Assembly (NCBI GenBank): GCA_013239625.1
Contig: MU056050.1
Location: 4,845,366 to 4,909,365, forward strand
Length of the DNA stretch: 64,000 bases
Source: Lama guanicoe
Lineage: Eukaryota
Direction of reading: 5' to 3'
Made by a program: the position numbers and the translations under genes. Shown here one piece after another: positions 51,515 through 64,000 of this stretch; the stretch's first letter is position 1, and each line of letters begins with the position of its first letter. The notes under the pieces are model-generated. The model did no database searches. It was not told the origin of the DNA and saw nothing but the letters and a program-made list of their open reading frames with translations.

Positions 51515-53180
51515 GTTATTAAGACTTTATTTCTAGAGCAGTTATAGGCACACAACAAAATTGAGGAGAAAGTACAGGTATTTCTCATATATCCCCAGCC
51601 CCAACACATGGAGTGCATTTGTTAAAATTGATGAACCTACATTGACAACATCCTCATCACCAAAACTTAATAGTTTACATTATGGTTCACTCTTGGTAGT
51701 GTACATTCTAAAGGACTGGACAAATGTGTAATGACACATATCCATAAGTATGGTATTTTCACTGCCCTAAAAATCATGTTTGCTGCCTGTTCTTTCTCCC
51801 CCTCACCCTCAACCCCTGGAGTTCACTAAACTTTTTACTGTCTTCATGGTTTTGCTTTTTCCAGAATGTTGTATGGTTAGAATTTTGCAGTATTTAGATT
51901 TTCCAGATTAGCTTCTTTCACCTGGCAGTATACGTTTATGTTTCCTCTGTGTGTTTCATGGCTTGATAGCTCATTTTTTTTAAGCACTGGGTAATAACTT
52001 TATTGTCTGGATGTGTCAAAGTTTGTTTATCCATTCACCCACTGAAGGATATCTTGGTGGCTTCCAAGTTTCGACAATTATGAATGAAACTGCTGTAAAC
52101 ATCCATGTATAAAGTTGTTTAGACATAGGTTTTCAGCTCCTTTGGGTAAATACCAAGGAGCATGATTGCTGGATTATATGGTAAAGTGTATGATAAATTT
52201 TGTAAGAAATGACCAACATATCTTCCAAAGCAGCTGTACCATTTTGCAACCCACCAGCAATTTATGAGAGTTTTTTTGTTGCTCCACACCCTCACCAGCA
52301 TCTGATGTTGTCAGTGTTCTAGATTTTGGCCACTCTAATTGGTGTGTAGTGGTATCACACTGTTGTTTTAGTTTTCGTTTTCTCAGCAGGAGTATGTTGT
52401 GGAGCATCTTTTCATATCCTTATTTGTCGTCTGTATACCTTCTTTGATGAGGTATCTGTTAAGGTCTTTGGCCTATTTTTAAAATGGATTTGTTTGTTTG
52501 TTTGATTTGTTTTTATTGAGTCTCAAGGGATTTTTGTGTATTTTGGGTAACAGTCCTTTATCAGATGCGTCTTTTGTGAATACAGTTGACCCTTGAACAA
52601 GACAGAGGTTAGGGGAGCCAAACCTCCTTGCAGTTGAAAAATCCACATATAACTTATAGTTGGCACTCCGTATTTGTGGTTCCACGTTCATGGATTCAAC
52701 CAACTGTGGATCATGTAGTACTGTAGTATTTACTGTTGAAAAAAATCTGCGCATAAGTGTAGCTGTGCAGTTCAAACCTGTGTTGTTTGAGGTTCAACTT
52801 TATTTGCTCCCGGTCTGTGGCTGTCTTCTCATTTTCTTGACATTGTCATTTGCAGAGCAGAAGTTTTTAATTTTAGTGAAGTCCAGCTTATCAGTTATTT
52901 CTTTCATGGATTATGCCTTTGATATTGTATCTACAAAGTCATTGCAAACTCAAGGTCATTTAGGTTTTCTTTTATGTTATCTTCTAGGAGTTTTATAGTT
53001 CTGTGTTTTATATTCATGTCTGTAATCCATTTTGAGTTAATTTTTGTGAAAGGTGTAAGGTCTTTGTCCAGATTCATTTTATGCATATGGGTGTCTGGTT
53101 GTTTCAGCACCATTTGTTGAAAAGACTATCTTTGCTCCACTGTATTTTCCTCGCACGTTTGTCAAAGATGAATTGACAGT
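51515..53180 (-). mobile_element. L1MC-like element (same family as 17966-19494)
   Basis: aagactttatttctagagcagttatagg terminus; minus-strand peptides LPYNPAIMLLGIYPKELKTYV and LTPFTKINSKWITD. Confidence 0.88.
52583..52800. mobile_element. Tigger2/MER8-type MITE nested in L1
   Basis: TIRs CAGTTGACCCTTGAACAA and TTGTTTGAGGTTCAACTT; TA duplication at 52581-52582 and 52801-52802. L1 sequence (gtgaa|ta|tttgctcc) is continuous across it. Confidence 0.9.
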
Positions 53181-55583
53181 TTTTATTGCTTAACCCAACT
53201 TGCAAGGTCGTGCATGACCTGGTCCCTATTCACCTCTCCAGCTCATGCTTTCTCCTAAATGACTCCTTTCTATTCGTTAGGTCTCAATTATATCCTCCTC
53301 TTAATGGCCTTCTTTGAGGATTCTTTCTCAGATAAATTTCCCATCTCTGCTATTTAGTTACTATCTCACATTATAGTTTTGATTTCTCTGTAACACTTGT
53401 CACATACTACATTTTTTATATGTTTGTTTACTTATTTATTGCCTATAGTCTACTGCCTCCTAATGATCTATTCACTAGGATATAAGTTTTGCAAATATAA
53501 GGATACCACTTCTTCCTCTTCTCTGCTGTATTTACAGTGCCCAGAACAATTATTTGACACAGTAGGTGTTCAGTAAATATTTTAGAAATATTTTTCTCAA
53601 TATGAATAATATAGAATCAAGTTTTGGTCCAGAAAAGGACAAGCTTTATTTATCTAAAGTTATTTTTTTGATGGGGCAAGTCTTTGTCTAATGTGTTCTG
53701 TTAGTTTATATGTTACTGCTAATGCATAATTGCTTCAGATATCTGTCATGTTCAAGGGCCTGTGTCAGGGGCATGTGTACTTGGATCTCATTTATTTTTC
53801 ACAGTTTTTCTCTCTCTCACACACACACAGACACACACAGACACACACACACACACACCTCTTATAATGTATATTCCCCAAATCAGATCCCTCTAGTTAG
53901 GTGAAAAATAATTAAGCATGCTGAAAACCCTGGACCACTTCATCCTCTCCTCCATCTTGCCCCTGATAAAACAGAGTGTCACTTTTGCTTGCTCCATTCC
54001 GATGCCAGGTGATACTGTTTTTCCTCATCAAGGGATTAAAAGGTGCACAAGTTTCCATGTTGTTGTGTGCCGTCTTGGTCCAGGTTCTTGGCCAGGCAAC
54101 ATACTTAACTGTTGTGGAATTATCTAAGGAGTCAGATTTTCTCAGTGAAGCCAATTGGAGCTTTAACAGGATCCTCACAGAGCAGAGGCTATGGGGACAT
54201 TTCAGTAGATAATTCTTAAGGTTTGGCAGACAGGAGGCTTAGCTCTCTGCATCACCTCTTTACATCTAGTCTATTATTATATTATTCTCTTTCATATTTC
54301 ATTTGGATTTCCCTTTGGGTATGCGCTTTATGCCCACTTTCTTACAACTTAGAATTCTTTCTTAAACATTTATGTTCATGAAACCTTCCAGAGTCTTTAA
54401 TTTTAATAATACTTAAGGCTAGCAATATTGAGATGAACTCTTCTCTTCTGTACTGTCATTGTGGCCACGGTTAAATAAGTGAAATAGATTAACTGACTTT
54501 GTTTTGCCTGTCCTAATCATTTTATTTCTTTAAGATTTGGTGATGAGATCTCTATGGAGAATTTCACCCTAGGTTTACTCATTCTCTCTCATCATATTTA
54601 GTCATCTATAATGCATCATATCTAAGACATACAGGTATTTCCTTTTCTGGTTTTTGGTATTAAGTTCCCACATGATAAGTACTTCGTAGTAATATGCCAA
54701 ATATTTATAAAATCTACTTGTTTTATTGTGCGCCCTGCCTTTGGTCTTTAATGTGGTCATTTGCCGTCTTGATTCTTGAAGAATGTATGATACATGATTT
54801 CTGCCCTTAAACAGCAAAAACAGAAATGACCAAGGTGTATATTTAATCATTACAATGGCCAACTGGATGAGTATACCTTGGATGTATATGTTGCTTCATG
54901 TGTTTCACAGTGTTTTCATGGTAATTACCTCATTTTAACTCATAAAAATTCTGGCAGAGATGTTGGGAAGATATGATTATATACTTTAGTCATTAGATAA
55001 CGAAATTGAAGCACAGATAGGTTTAATAGCATATTCAGAATCACACGGCAACTTTCTATCAGTAATAATACCCTGGAACTTCTATACCTGACTTACTTCT
55101 ATTACAACACACTTAATTTGGTAATTTATCAAAACGTTTTCCATTGTATACCAAAAAAGTACATACATTCTTTAAAAACTTGACTAGTTTCTTTACATGG
55201 ATGTAATTTGACAGCAGTATAGTACCAGTATTTCATTTGAGAAATAAGTGTCTTTGGTTATAATAGCACATCATATATCTGAGAGAAAGTAGAAGAGGAG
55301 CTTTGTGGTGAATATCAATACTTGAAACAATCTCTTGGAATACAACAGTATGAATTACTTAAAGCCTTATGATTTCTATTTTTCATGTATTTAATAACCA
55401 GTCAACAAAACTTGTGACAAGACTGGTAGAAGAGCCTTCACTGTAGCAAAAAAAATTAAAAGTTCTATTAAGACAAATCTAAGTTAGAAGTTAGGGAATG
55501 ATCTTAATGTATATATATCAGCATAAATCAGAATTCTAGAATGGTATCTCTGAATTTCCAAAGACTTTTTAAAATGTTGACCT

Positions 55584-55594
55584 TTATTATTATT

Positions 55595-55627
<33 letters not shown>

Positions 55628-55632
55628 ATTAT
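55584..55632 (+). repeat. Compound (TTA)n(TTG)n trinucleotide microsatellite
   Basis: Directly visible; explains the poly-N and poly-L ORFs. Confidence 0.95.
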
Positions 55633-56879
55633 TTACCATGAAGACTAAAAGAATACAAATGAGGCTGATGATCTTATTTCTGAAAAGGAGAATGAATAAC
55701 ATGATCATAGTAGCAAATGAAGTAAAAGTTATTGGATTCAAACTTCAGAAAAATCAAATAACCTCACAAAGATTTGTGTGTGATTACATACCTGTGTTCT
55801 CTGTGTACATGTACATTTTAATTTCACTAATACTTGAAGTATGAGACTTTGACCCAGAAAGAAAACAACACACATGATTATTGAGTCTCATCCTCACGAG
55901 AGTAAAACAATTGAATTTATATTTGTTCAAATTCAGATAACAAGATCTATAGCATCATCTGTAGCTAAGGAAAGCAAATTTTTATTTGATATAAACATTT
56001 GTTCACATCTGACTCTAGGACAGCCTCATGGTTATGATTTCTAACACAGGAGTAAGGAAAATGACCTTTAATGTAATTATTGTAATTTTCAAGGGTTCTC
56101 ATCACTTCTACAAAATAACATTATATTCCATAAAAACTAAACAAGAATTTATTGTGCTAATATCATTTTCTTATGGACTGAGGAAATCTCCCTTAATACT
56201 TTGCTCAAAATCAATGTAGTAAGTTTACTTTAGGAGCCTTTTTTTTGGCCCTTAATATCCGTAGACTTTGGTTCTAAACAAAGAAAATGATGGAATTATT
56301 TTGCTGAGTTTTCATATCCTTATTTATAAGAAAAAACTTAGTTGATCTTTTTTATATCACTAATTTGGGGGAAATAATAACATAATATTGTAATATCAGT
56401 GTTTTTCTTTAAACTTTGATTGATAGGGATTTTAATGAAAAGAACATTTATTTTGATTCGTGATATTGTTTGTGTATGCCTAAGATGAAAGCAGCTACTT
56501 GAGCACTGGGCCTGCACTTTATATTTGTTTTGAATATCTCAGTGCTTCATAAATATTGCTGTATCACAGCAGAAATTATTTAAAAACTAACCGGTTGAAT
56601 CGAACTGAATACACACAAATATATAGAAACCAGCTGAGTTAAAATGGGAATTGATTATATTCTCTGGGTTTATCTTAGTTTAGTGAAATATCTGCTATAT
56701 ATTTTCAGGTTGACTTATTTATAATACATATCATCATCTTTGGTGTAAAACTTAAGGTTTCTCTTCTCGATTCATTAAGTTTAAGCTGAAAAAGTGAATT
56801 TTTAACCTTATGACTCAAACCACTTTGTAAACACCAGCGGCCACATGCAATCTCGGCAAAAGGGACCAACGATAAAGAT

Positions 56880-57140
56880 AATAGCTAACTTTTATGAAGT
56901 GCTTACTAGATACCAAGTATTGTAAAACCCTAAGAATTTTCTGAATCATTTAGAATTCCACTCTACATAACAACCTTGTGAGATAGATATTATTATTACT
57001 ATCGCCACAATGCAAACCAGGAAACTGAGGCCTGGTGAGAGTAAGTAATTTGGCCAACATCAGTCAGCTAATAAGTGGTGAAAAGAATGAAAAGCCAATC
57101 ATTTTGATCTAAAAGGCAGTCTCTTCACCACCACACTTAA
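56880..57140 (-). mobile_element. MIR SINE
   Basis: acaaccttgtgagatagatattattatt..ggaaactgaggcctggtgagagtaagtaatttggccaa. Confidence 0.8.
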
Positions 57141-57384
57141 TGCTTTTAATTAGACCCCTAGGCTGCTCCAATCAAAATAGGCAACGATTATAAAGTGGAA
57201 AGTAGAATAAAATCATGGAAGGAGTGGGCTTTCAACCTGTTTCATTAGGTAAAAGCTAATGTATACAGCAGGGTTTGATCCAATTTCGATGTCCTAAATA
57301 TCACTTTTATGGTATAAAAATCTTACAATTTCCTGTCGAATTAAGTCCCAAACCTCAGCTGCCATGGCTTTCAAAGTTGACTGT

Positions 57385-57765
57385 TGTCTTAGTCCATTTG
57401 GGCTGCTGTAACAAAATACCAGACTCAGTAGCTTATGAACAACAGAAATTTATTTCTTACAGTTCTGGAGGCTGAAGTCCAAGACCTAGTTTCTGGTATG
57501 TTCTCACTCATTCTCTGGTGAAGACCCTCTTTCTGGTTCACAGCCAGTATCTTCTCATGTCCTCACAAAGTGGAAGGGAATAGGAATCTCTTTGGAACCT
57601 TTTAAGTAAGGCACTAATCCCACTTATGAGGGTTCAATCCTTAAGGTTTAAACACCTCCCCAAAGTCCGGTCTACTAATACCATCACGTTGGTGGTGAAT
57701 AGCATTAGGATTTCAATATACTAATTTGCAGGGGACGGGAGAATACCAACATTCAGATCATAGAA
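57385..57765 (-). mobile_element. MLT1A-type MaLR solo LTR
   Basis: tgtcttagtccatttgggctgctgtaacaaaatacc..acagttctggaggctg..ggcactaatccca..aacattcagatcatag. Confidence 0.88.
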
Positions 57766-59609
57766 ACCATATTCCAGTCATTTGCTCTGTCTACTTATTT
57801 GTCTAACATATAAGAATTCATGGTTCTCGTCAACATACTCATTTTTTCCACACATTATAAATTCTATGCCTTGTATTCTCATGCCATTCTCCCCTTGCCT
57901 GGAATGTTGTCCCCAAGAAAAATCAAAACAATCTATTAACACTCTTGAAGCTTCACTATCTTTTTAAGGTGAAATGATCTCTCTCCTTTAAAATAATCTA
58001 CCTTTGCCTTTGGAAGAATGTATTTATCTACTGTTTTTTAGTTTTATTTAAACATTCTTCTCTAAAGGTAACTTTTGTCTCCTTATAACATTAATTTAGA
58101 CATAGGGACAAGGTTTTGCTTCATGTATATTTCTTGTATACTTCTTGTGCATTTCTCTAACATCACTGTATACTGTTAAATATCCATCAGTCATTCGATA
58201 AATAGTGAATTAGACTGAACTACCAGGTTGTACGGAGAGGGTCTATCTTCATCCTCACAAAAATATAACACCCACTCAAACCAATGAAGTAGCAATAATT
58301 GGCAGATTTAATTTTGATTGGTAATAAAGTTAGTATAATTGTTAGCTAGTAATTGATACTTAATAATTTTATTTTCAAACTGAGTTGAACTGATGGCAAT
58401 ACTGACAATTTTATTAAGTTTGCTGTGTTTATATTTCATTGCTATTCCTGAGAAGACCATTATTATCCAAAGACCTGACCTCTCTGTGGTTTTAAAATTT
58501 ATATTTACCTTATAGAAAGTTCTCATATTTCAAAGTCTTAGAATTAAAGGAAAAACTTACAACACAAAATGCATTTGAAATATTTGGAAAAAAGAAACAC
58601 AGGCCCTTCTCAAAAGGCCAATTACTAACTTGGCTTCTGTCACCAATACCTATTCAAGATGCTACCTTAATTTCTCTTATTTAGTAACTCTTTATCTACC
58701 TATTTTGTATTTGAAATAAACCAGTATGAAACTCTGCTACCTGCTCCATGAAGATCTTTGCATAAAAGTTGTTCTAAAAATAAACTGGAAGAAGAGGGGG
58801 AATGAAGATAAAGAGTCCATTTTTATTCTACTTTTGGATCCAATTGTCTTTTTTTTCAGTATTAAAAGGTCTATTTTTATCTTAAAAGAACTACAAATTC
58901 AACCAGGGATTGTTAAAATAAAATTTATTTCTGTATCTTATTTATTATATTCAGCATCTCTCGGTAGACATGGCCTGTGAGATATATATATCTTTCTTCT
59001 GTAGATTATTCATTTGTCCACCCTGGGGTAACCAAAAGAAAAAAAAAAGATGAAAATTATCATGAAGCCTTCTGTGTCAGCCAATCATAGTCTATTCAAC
59101 AACTACTCTTGTGCGATAAGAGGGAAACCAGAGAGAAATCAGAGTAGGTGGAAAATAAGGCATAGGAGCTATTCTCACTTGGCAGGTGAGGTTAATATAT
59201 TATGTGCATTGTACTACTTTTACTTTTAGGTCTATCAAAGGGATCTTGTTTAAATTGGGAGATATAAAGGCTAGAATTAGTAGTTTCATTTTACAGATGG
59301 AATAAAGTAGAATAGTTATGGACTATTCCAAAGGTCACATAACTAGTTAGTGATAAAGTCAAGACAGTATTAAATATCTCAGCTCCCAGCCTTGTGTCCT
59401 CATTTAATGATGCCACCATCACACAGGCTGAGGTATCTGGCAGAGGATTCACTGATGCTGATGACTTTCTTTTTTTTTTAATGTGAAAATAGTTCAATCC
59501 TAAATTCACAAAACAATCCTTGCAGTTGTTATATTGGAATCTTTCTCTTTAATCAAGAATACTTTGTGCTTTCCCCAGTGGACATAGTTAAATTTCATAT
59601 AAGCCATGT

Positions 59610-60000
59610 CCTGCTGTGAAGGGCTAGGAATCCAGTCTCTACATCATTTCCTTGTCCTCCTGTACCTACAAAAAGACTACGTTTCCCAGCTCTCTTACAT
59701 GTAGGTAGTAGTATGTGACTAGTTCTGGTCAGTGGAATGTGGACAGTGATGGATGTCAGTTGCAGGCTTACTGCACCCCCCACCCCCATCTCTCCCTTCA
59801 TAAGCTGGCTGAATGTACATTATGTAGTGCACAGTGTTCTGAGGAGGCCAACTGGGATGGCAGAACCACTGAACAGAAGAAGCCTGGATCTCTGAGTCAC
59901 TGCCTGCGGGGAGAGCTGTACAAAAGAAATGTTCATCCAGAAACTTCAGCTTTTGCATGAGCAGCAAAAAAAAAAATTAACAGTGAGCATTAATTACCTA
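59610..60000 (+). mobile_element. Old MLT1 (MLT1J-like) MaLR LTR
   Basis: tttcccagctctctt..atgtgactagttctggtcagtggaatgtg..gatggcagaacca..gaagcctggatctctgagtcact. Confidence 0.75.
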
Positions 60001-60959
60001 ATAATGCAGGCTTTTCCCTCCTAGTCCCTACAATTAAGGAGGTACGCATTAATCACAGAAAATTACATGGTCACTGTTTACTGGAAAACACTCTTGTCTA
60101 CAAGAGAAATGTCACTCTTTTCAATGCCCATTGCCATCAGACAGTGACTATGGCAGGGTAATCACTGAATTACGCACATTGCCCTTTTCTTTATGCCTTC
60201 TTATCATACCTACAGTGTTTTCTCAAGAAAGCATGTTTTCACTCCAGTGAGAACTATAATTCCCTGCAGCTGTGGATACTACTGTTCTATTTACTCTTGT
60301 CTTGACACCATAGTTTGTAAGAGTGAAATCTAATTGCAGAATTTTAATAACCAGGAAACAGGCCACAGAAGTGCCCCAGCAGCTAATAGTGTGATTGTAA
60401 TATAAACACCTACTGCATTTTCATGTACTGTAACCTCTATCCAAAGGGCCCCAATCCTTCCTTGTGCCTGGCAGTCCTCCACATATCCCTCAGCAGTTTG
60501 TTCAGATAGTAGCCATGCCTGACAATATGTGTGTTATCACTAAAAATTTCCCATTTCTTGGTATGTAGCAAAAATGTAGCTTTTGGCTTCAGAAAACATT
60601 CTTTTTCTGATTTTATACCGGAAATGACTCACACCTGAAAAGCCAGAAAACACTTGTACATGTGGAGAACTCACTGCCAAACCGTTGATTTCCTGGCACA
60701 ATTTCCCAACCATTCCCGTTACCAGATTTTTGCACATACAGACCCAGGATGATTTGAACTTCGCTTATTTAAGTAAAGTCTAAATGTTTAAGTTGGTAGG
60801 AAAATATTTCTTGTGTAATTTCTCAATAGTTCACTGATCTTTTAAGATATTTTCAAACAAAGTTGTCCCCAAAGCATACAGATATGAATCCAAGTAGTGT
60901 TGAAGGTTGGTAGCCATCTTTTAAATCTATCTAGGGAATACCACTAATTCATCAGTCCT

Positions 60960-61930
60960 TATTGTGGAGAACTTGTCTTGGAATCACATGGACTGACTGT
61001 TAATGATCAGTTGCTTCCACCTGAGCCTTCTTGCAATCCATTCAATTCCATCAAATTCATTTCACCCACAAATGGTTTGGCATTTGGTCCAGTTCCTTCT
61101 GTAGTCTCTGTGTTCCCATTCCCTAGGGTAGATCCGTTGGTATTGATCTCTGACTACATCTTCTGTCTATTGATTTCAAGTGCACTGCACTTTTCACTCA
61201 TCCTTTTTCTAGTCATCCCTTTTACTCTAATTCATGCCCTTCTTTCATGTCTGGAGTCTATTATAATATCCCCCTTTGTGTGCACTTTATATTTATTCTA
61301 AACCATTATGCTCCTATCACAGTAAACTTCCCAAATTTCAAAATTGATTATGCCATTCACTTTCTCTAAACCCATTACCTTTTTTTTTTTAAATTGAAAT
61401 ACAGTTACAAGGTGTCAATTTCTGGTGTACAGCACAATGGAAACCCGTTACCTTTGAATAACATGTAACTTCCTCATCATGATACTCAAAATCTCCACTG
61501 TTTCAACGTACCTCTTCAGTTTGTATTCTGAGCATCCTCTCCTCTGCTCCAGGCACTTTGGATAGTCCTATTTTACTTTACCTTTTACTCATTGCTATTC
61601 CCTCTCCCCAGGATGTCCTTTGCTTGATCTCTGACTGTCAAGGTCAAACTCATCTTTTAAAAACCAGTCCCAAAGATATATCCTCTTTTAAGACTTCCTC
61701 CTTGGAGCTAACTGATTTTATTCTCTCACCTCTTGCTACACTTTGTCTAGATGACTCTTATGTTCCTGTTCAAATTCTGCTTTCTAGTATTTGTCAACTC
61801 TATGTGTGTTGCCTATATCTCTGTCTCTTCTAAATTTAGATCCACTTGAGTGAAATAACCATTTTATATTCTTGTTGGTATATCCTAAAATATCAGGTAT
61901 TCAATATATACATATTTTTAATTGAATTTG
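60960..61930 (+). mobile_element. Degenerate L2 fragment
   Basis: ctttgctattccctctcccca..aaggtcaaactc..gtattcaatat..attgaat tail; pyrimidine-rich body. Confidence 0.55.
61383..61440 (-). mobile_element. Ultra-short (58 bp) L1 3' terminus insertion with a 15-bp TSD
   Basis: AAACCCATTACCTTT (61368-61382) and AAACCCGTTACCTTT (61441-61455) flank a T-tail plus aattgaaatacagttacaaggtgtcaatttctggtgtacagcacaat. Confidence 0.88.
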
Positions 61931-63429
61931 CCCATTGACCTTTATCACTTTGTTTTTATGTGACACGCCAAGGCTAAACTGCTGTGAGGCATGCATGGAA
62001 TGGAACAGTTATAACTGTCCTTGGTCCGGTTCTCAACCTGGACACCGATATACCTGTTAACCCTAGTGCATGTTCAACAAGCACAAATTTTCTTTTACTG
62101 AACTTTCTAGTCACCAAGTGTCAGGGTGACAGATTACTCACTGTTGTGTGGAACACCTGGCATGCAATCGAGAGAAAGGAAGCAAATTTTTTGTTCTTAT
62201 CTCTTGTAAACATGTCATTCACAGCTAAAAATTCAGTAAAATCAGATAAACAAGGATGTCTGAAACCAATGACAAGTGGGTTTTTTCATCAGTGCACCTG
62301 AGAAGTTCATGGACAAGACACAGAGCGTTTAAAGTAGGAGAAGCAGGGACTGAGTATGGTCAGAAATAGCTGCCTTGACTTTATTCTCTCCATAAGTCCT
62401 TACTAACTAGATTCACAAAGTTACACGTCCCAACTTCTGTTCACTGCGTGTGTGATACTTCCTTTTTCAAATCTACGTAGAGTAATGCATAAAACACTAG
62501 GTTTCTAGTAAGAACATGTTAATATGAGGGGGAGAAAACTAGCTTGAGAAATGAAGGTTTTAGCAATTTTTATTTTTAAAGTGCAGAAACAGTTACAATC
62601 AATCAATTGAACATTTGTTAAACTGCCTTTAAGAACATGATACTGTTTTAGGGATGAGACAGTTATCCAGAAAGTGGAAGACATGCTCCCTGACCTGAAG
62701 AAGCTCAAAACCTATGAATTCTAAGCAATCTTTTAGCATTGTCATACATTTATAGAAAGCTTGTTTTATACATGGCTTCTCTCTCTCATGTAAATAACTT
62801 AGAGTTTTGAGAATTCTTCTATAGGTTCACTTATTATTCTGTGCTTTTACATAGGCCACAGGTCCAAGTCTATCCCAGAAATATAACTCCATACAGTACT
62901 ATCTTGCTATAGGACAGTGCAGTACTATTATAAGCTCTTACTGAGTACTGTGCCTGCAAGATGCCAGACTGTGCACCATGTGACATCCATGCCATAGAGA
63001 TGCTACTGCTGAGGAGGTAGCAGTCTGGTGGAAGAAACAGATAAATATACAGAAAAAAGAGAGAGATTCAGCATTAAAAAAAATCTATATCCTAGACAGT
63101 GTGCTGAACATTTTACATATGCAATCTGTAATGACAACATGACCTGCTGAGTCACACGTGACCCTCTCTGAGATCTACTGGATCAGGATTGCTGCCCCAA
63201 GTCAAGCTTCATATTTACAAGAAGCAGAAACCTCTTTGTGGTAAAGACAGGTTAACCTAGTGGCCTAGCTGTACATAAAAGGAAAATGTCTGTAGACATT
63301 GGTGGGGAATATCCTTAAATAATTCTATCTTGAGATTTTATCCATCTAGATGTGAGGGCTGTACATGGATGTACAGTTACACAGCTCTGACACTTCTGGA
63401 TTTTCTGCAACTTACCTAGATTGATATAT

Positions 63430-64000
63430 GTATTTTTTTAATATTGAGGTATAGTTGATTTGCAATATTAGTTTCAGGTATACAGTATAGTGATTCAAAA
63501 TTTTTATAGATTATACTCTATTTACACTTTTAGAATAGTGGCTATATTCCGTATGCTGTACAGCATATCCTTGTAGCTTATTTATTTTATGCATCTTAGA
63601 TTATACATTATATCTCTTAATCCTCTACCCCTATCTTGCCCCTCCCCACTTCCCTCTCCTGGCTGGTAACAACTGCTTTGTTCTTTGTATCTGTGAGTCT
63701 GTTTCTGTTTTGTTATATTCACTAGCTTATTATTATTATTATTATTTTTGGATTTCACATATAAGTAATAACATACAGTATTTGTCTTTCTCTGTCTGAC
63801 TTATTTCACTAAGCATAATATCCTCCAGGTCTATCCATGCTGTTGCAAATGGCAAAATTTCATTCATTTTTGTGGCCGAGTATTATATATATATATATAT
63901 GGCATCTTCTTTATCTGTATATGTATATGTAAAGTGTATACACATATAATGTATATATAATGTGTGTGTGTATGTATATGTGTATATATATGTGCATATA
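63430..64000 (-). mobile_element. L1 3' end running into (TA)/(TG) low-complexity sequence at the window edge
   Basis: attgaggtatagttgatttgcaatattagtttcaggtatacag..gacttatttcactaagcataat..ttgcaaatggcaaaatttca. Confidence 0.88.

Larger units (their letters stand above)
51230..53585 (+). mobile_element. L2 element split by the L1MC-like insertion (L2 parts ~51230-51495 and ~53185-53585)
   Basis: caagccatcatcatctct..actgcagcagcctc..ctacacagcagtcacagtg, resuming at caaggtcgtgcatgacctgg..cagtgcccagaac..gacacagtaggtgttcagtaaatattt. Confidence 0.75.

Noticed and set aside
55484..55844. Poly-Asn and poly-Leu ORFs
   Set aside because: Translation artefacts of the (TTA)/(TTG) microsatellite.
1..64000. 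CRISPR arrays, tRNA/rRNA genes, prokaryotic operons or defence systems
   Set aside because: The DNA is clearly mammalian; no spaced repeat arrays or structured RNA genes were recognised.

Overview
AT-rich eutherian genomic DNA. The young L1 3' ends resemble those of cetartiodactyls, probably a camelid (inference); I saw no Alu, B1, Bov-tA/BovB, PRE-1 or Can-SINE. Roughly half the window is transposable elements: L1s of several ages, L2, MIR, Tigger and hAT-type DNA elements, MaLR LTRs and a ~4 kb ERV-L internal region. No intact protein-coding gene is evident, and the supplied ORFs are repeat fragments, pseudogene fragments or noise. The main signal is a set of non-repeat islands at 73-26436 on the + strand. 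They form a decayed seven-exon gene with canonical, phase-compatible splice sites and many stops and frameshifts. Their translations carry, in colinear order, motifs resembling the TAGT glycosyltransferase and C-terminal regions of GREB1/GREB1L, apparently with two TAGT-like units. This is a candidate unprocessed pseudogene of a divergent GREB1-family paralogue. The alignment was done by eye against recalled sequences and needs HMM/tBLASTn confirmation. Also notable are a perfect RFX X-box palindrome, internally deleted and bipartite L1 elements, and nested insertions.
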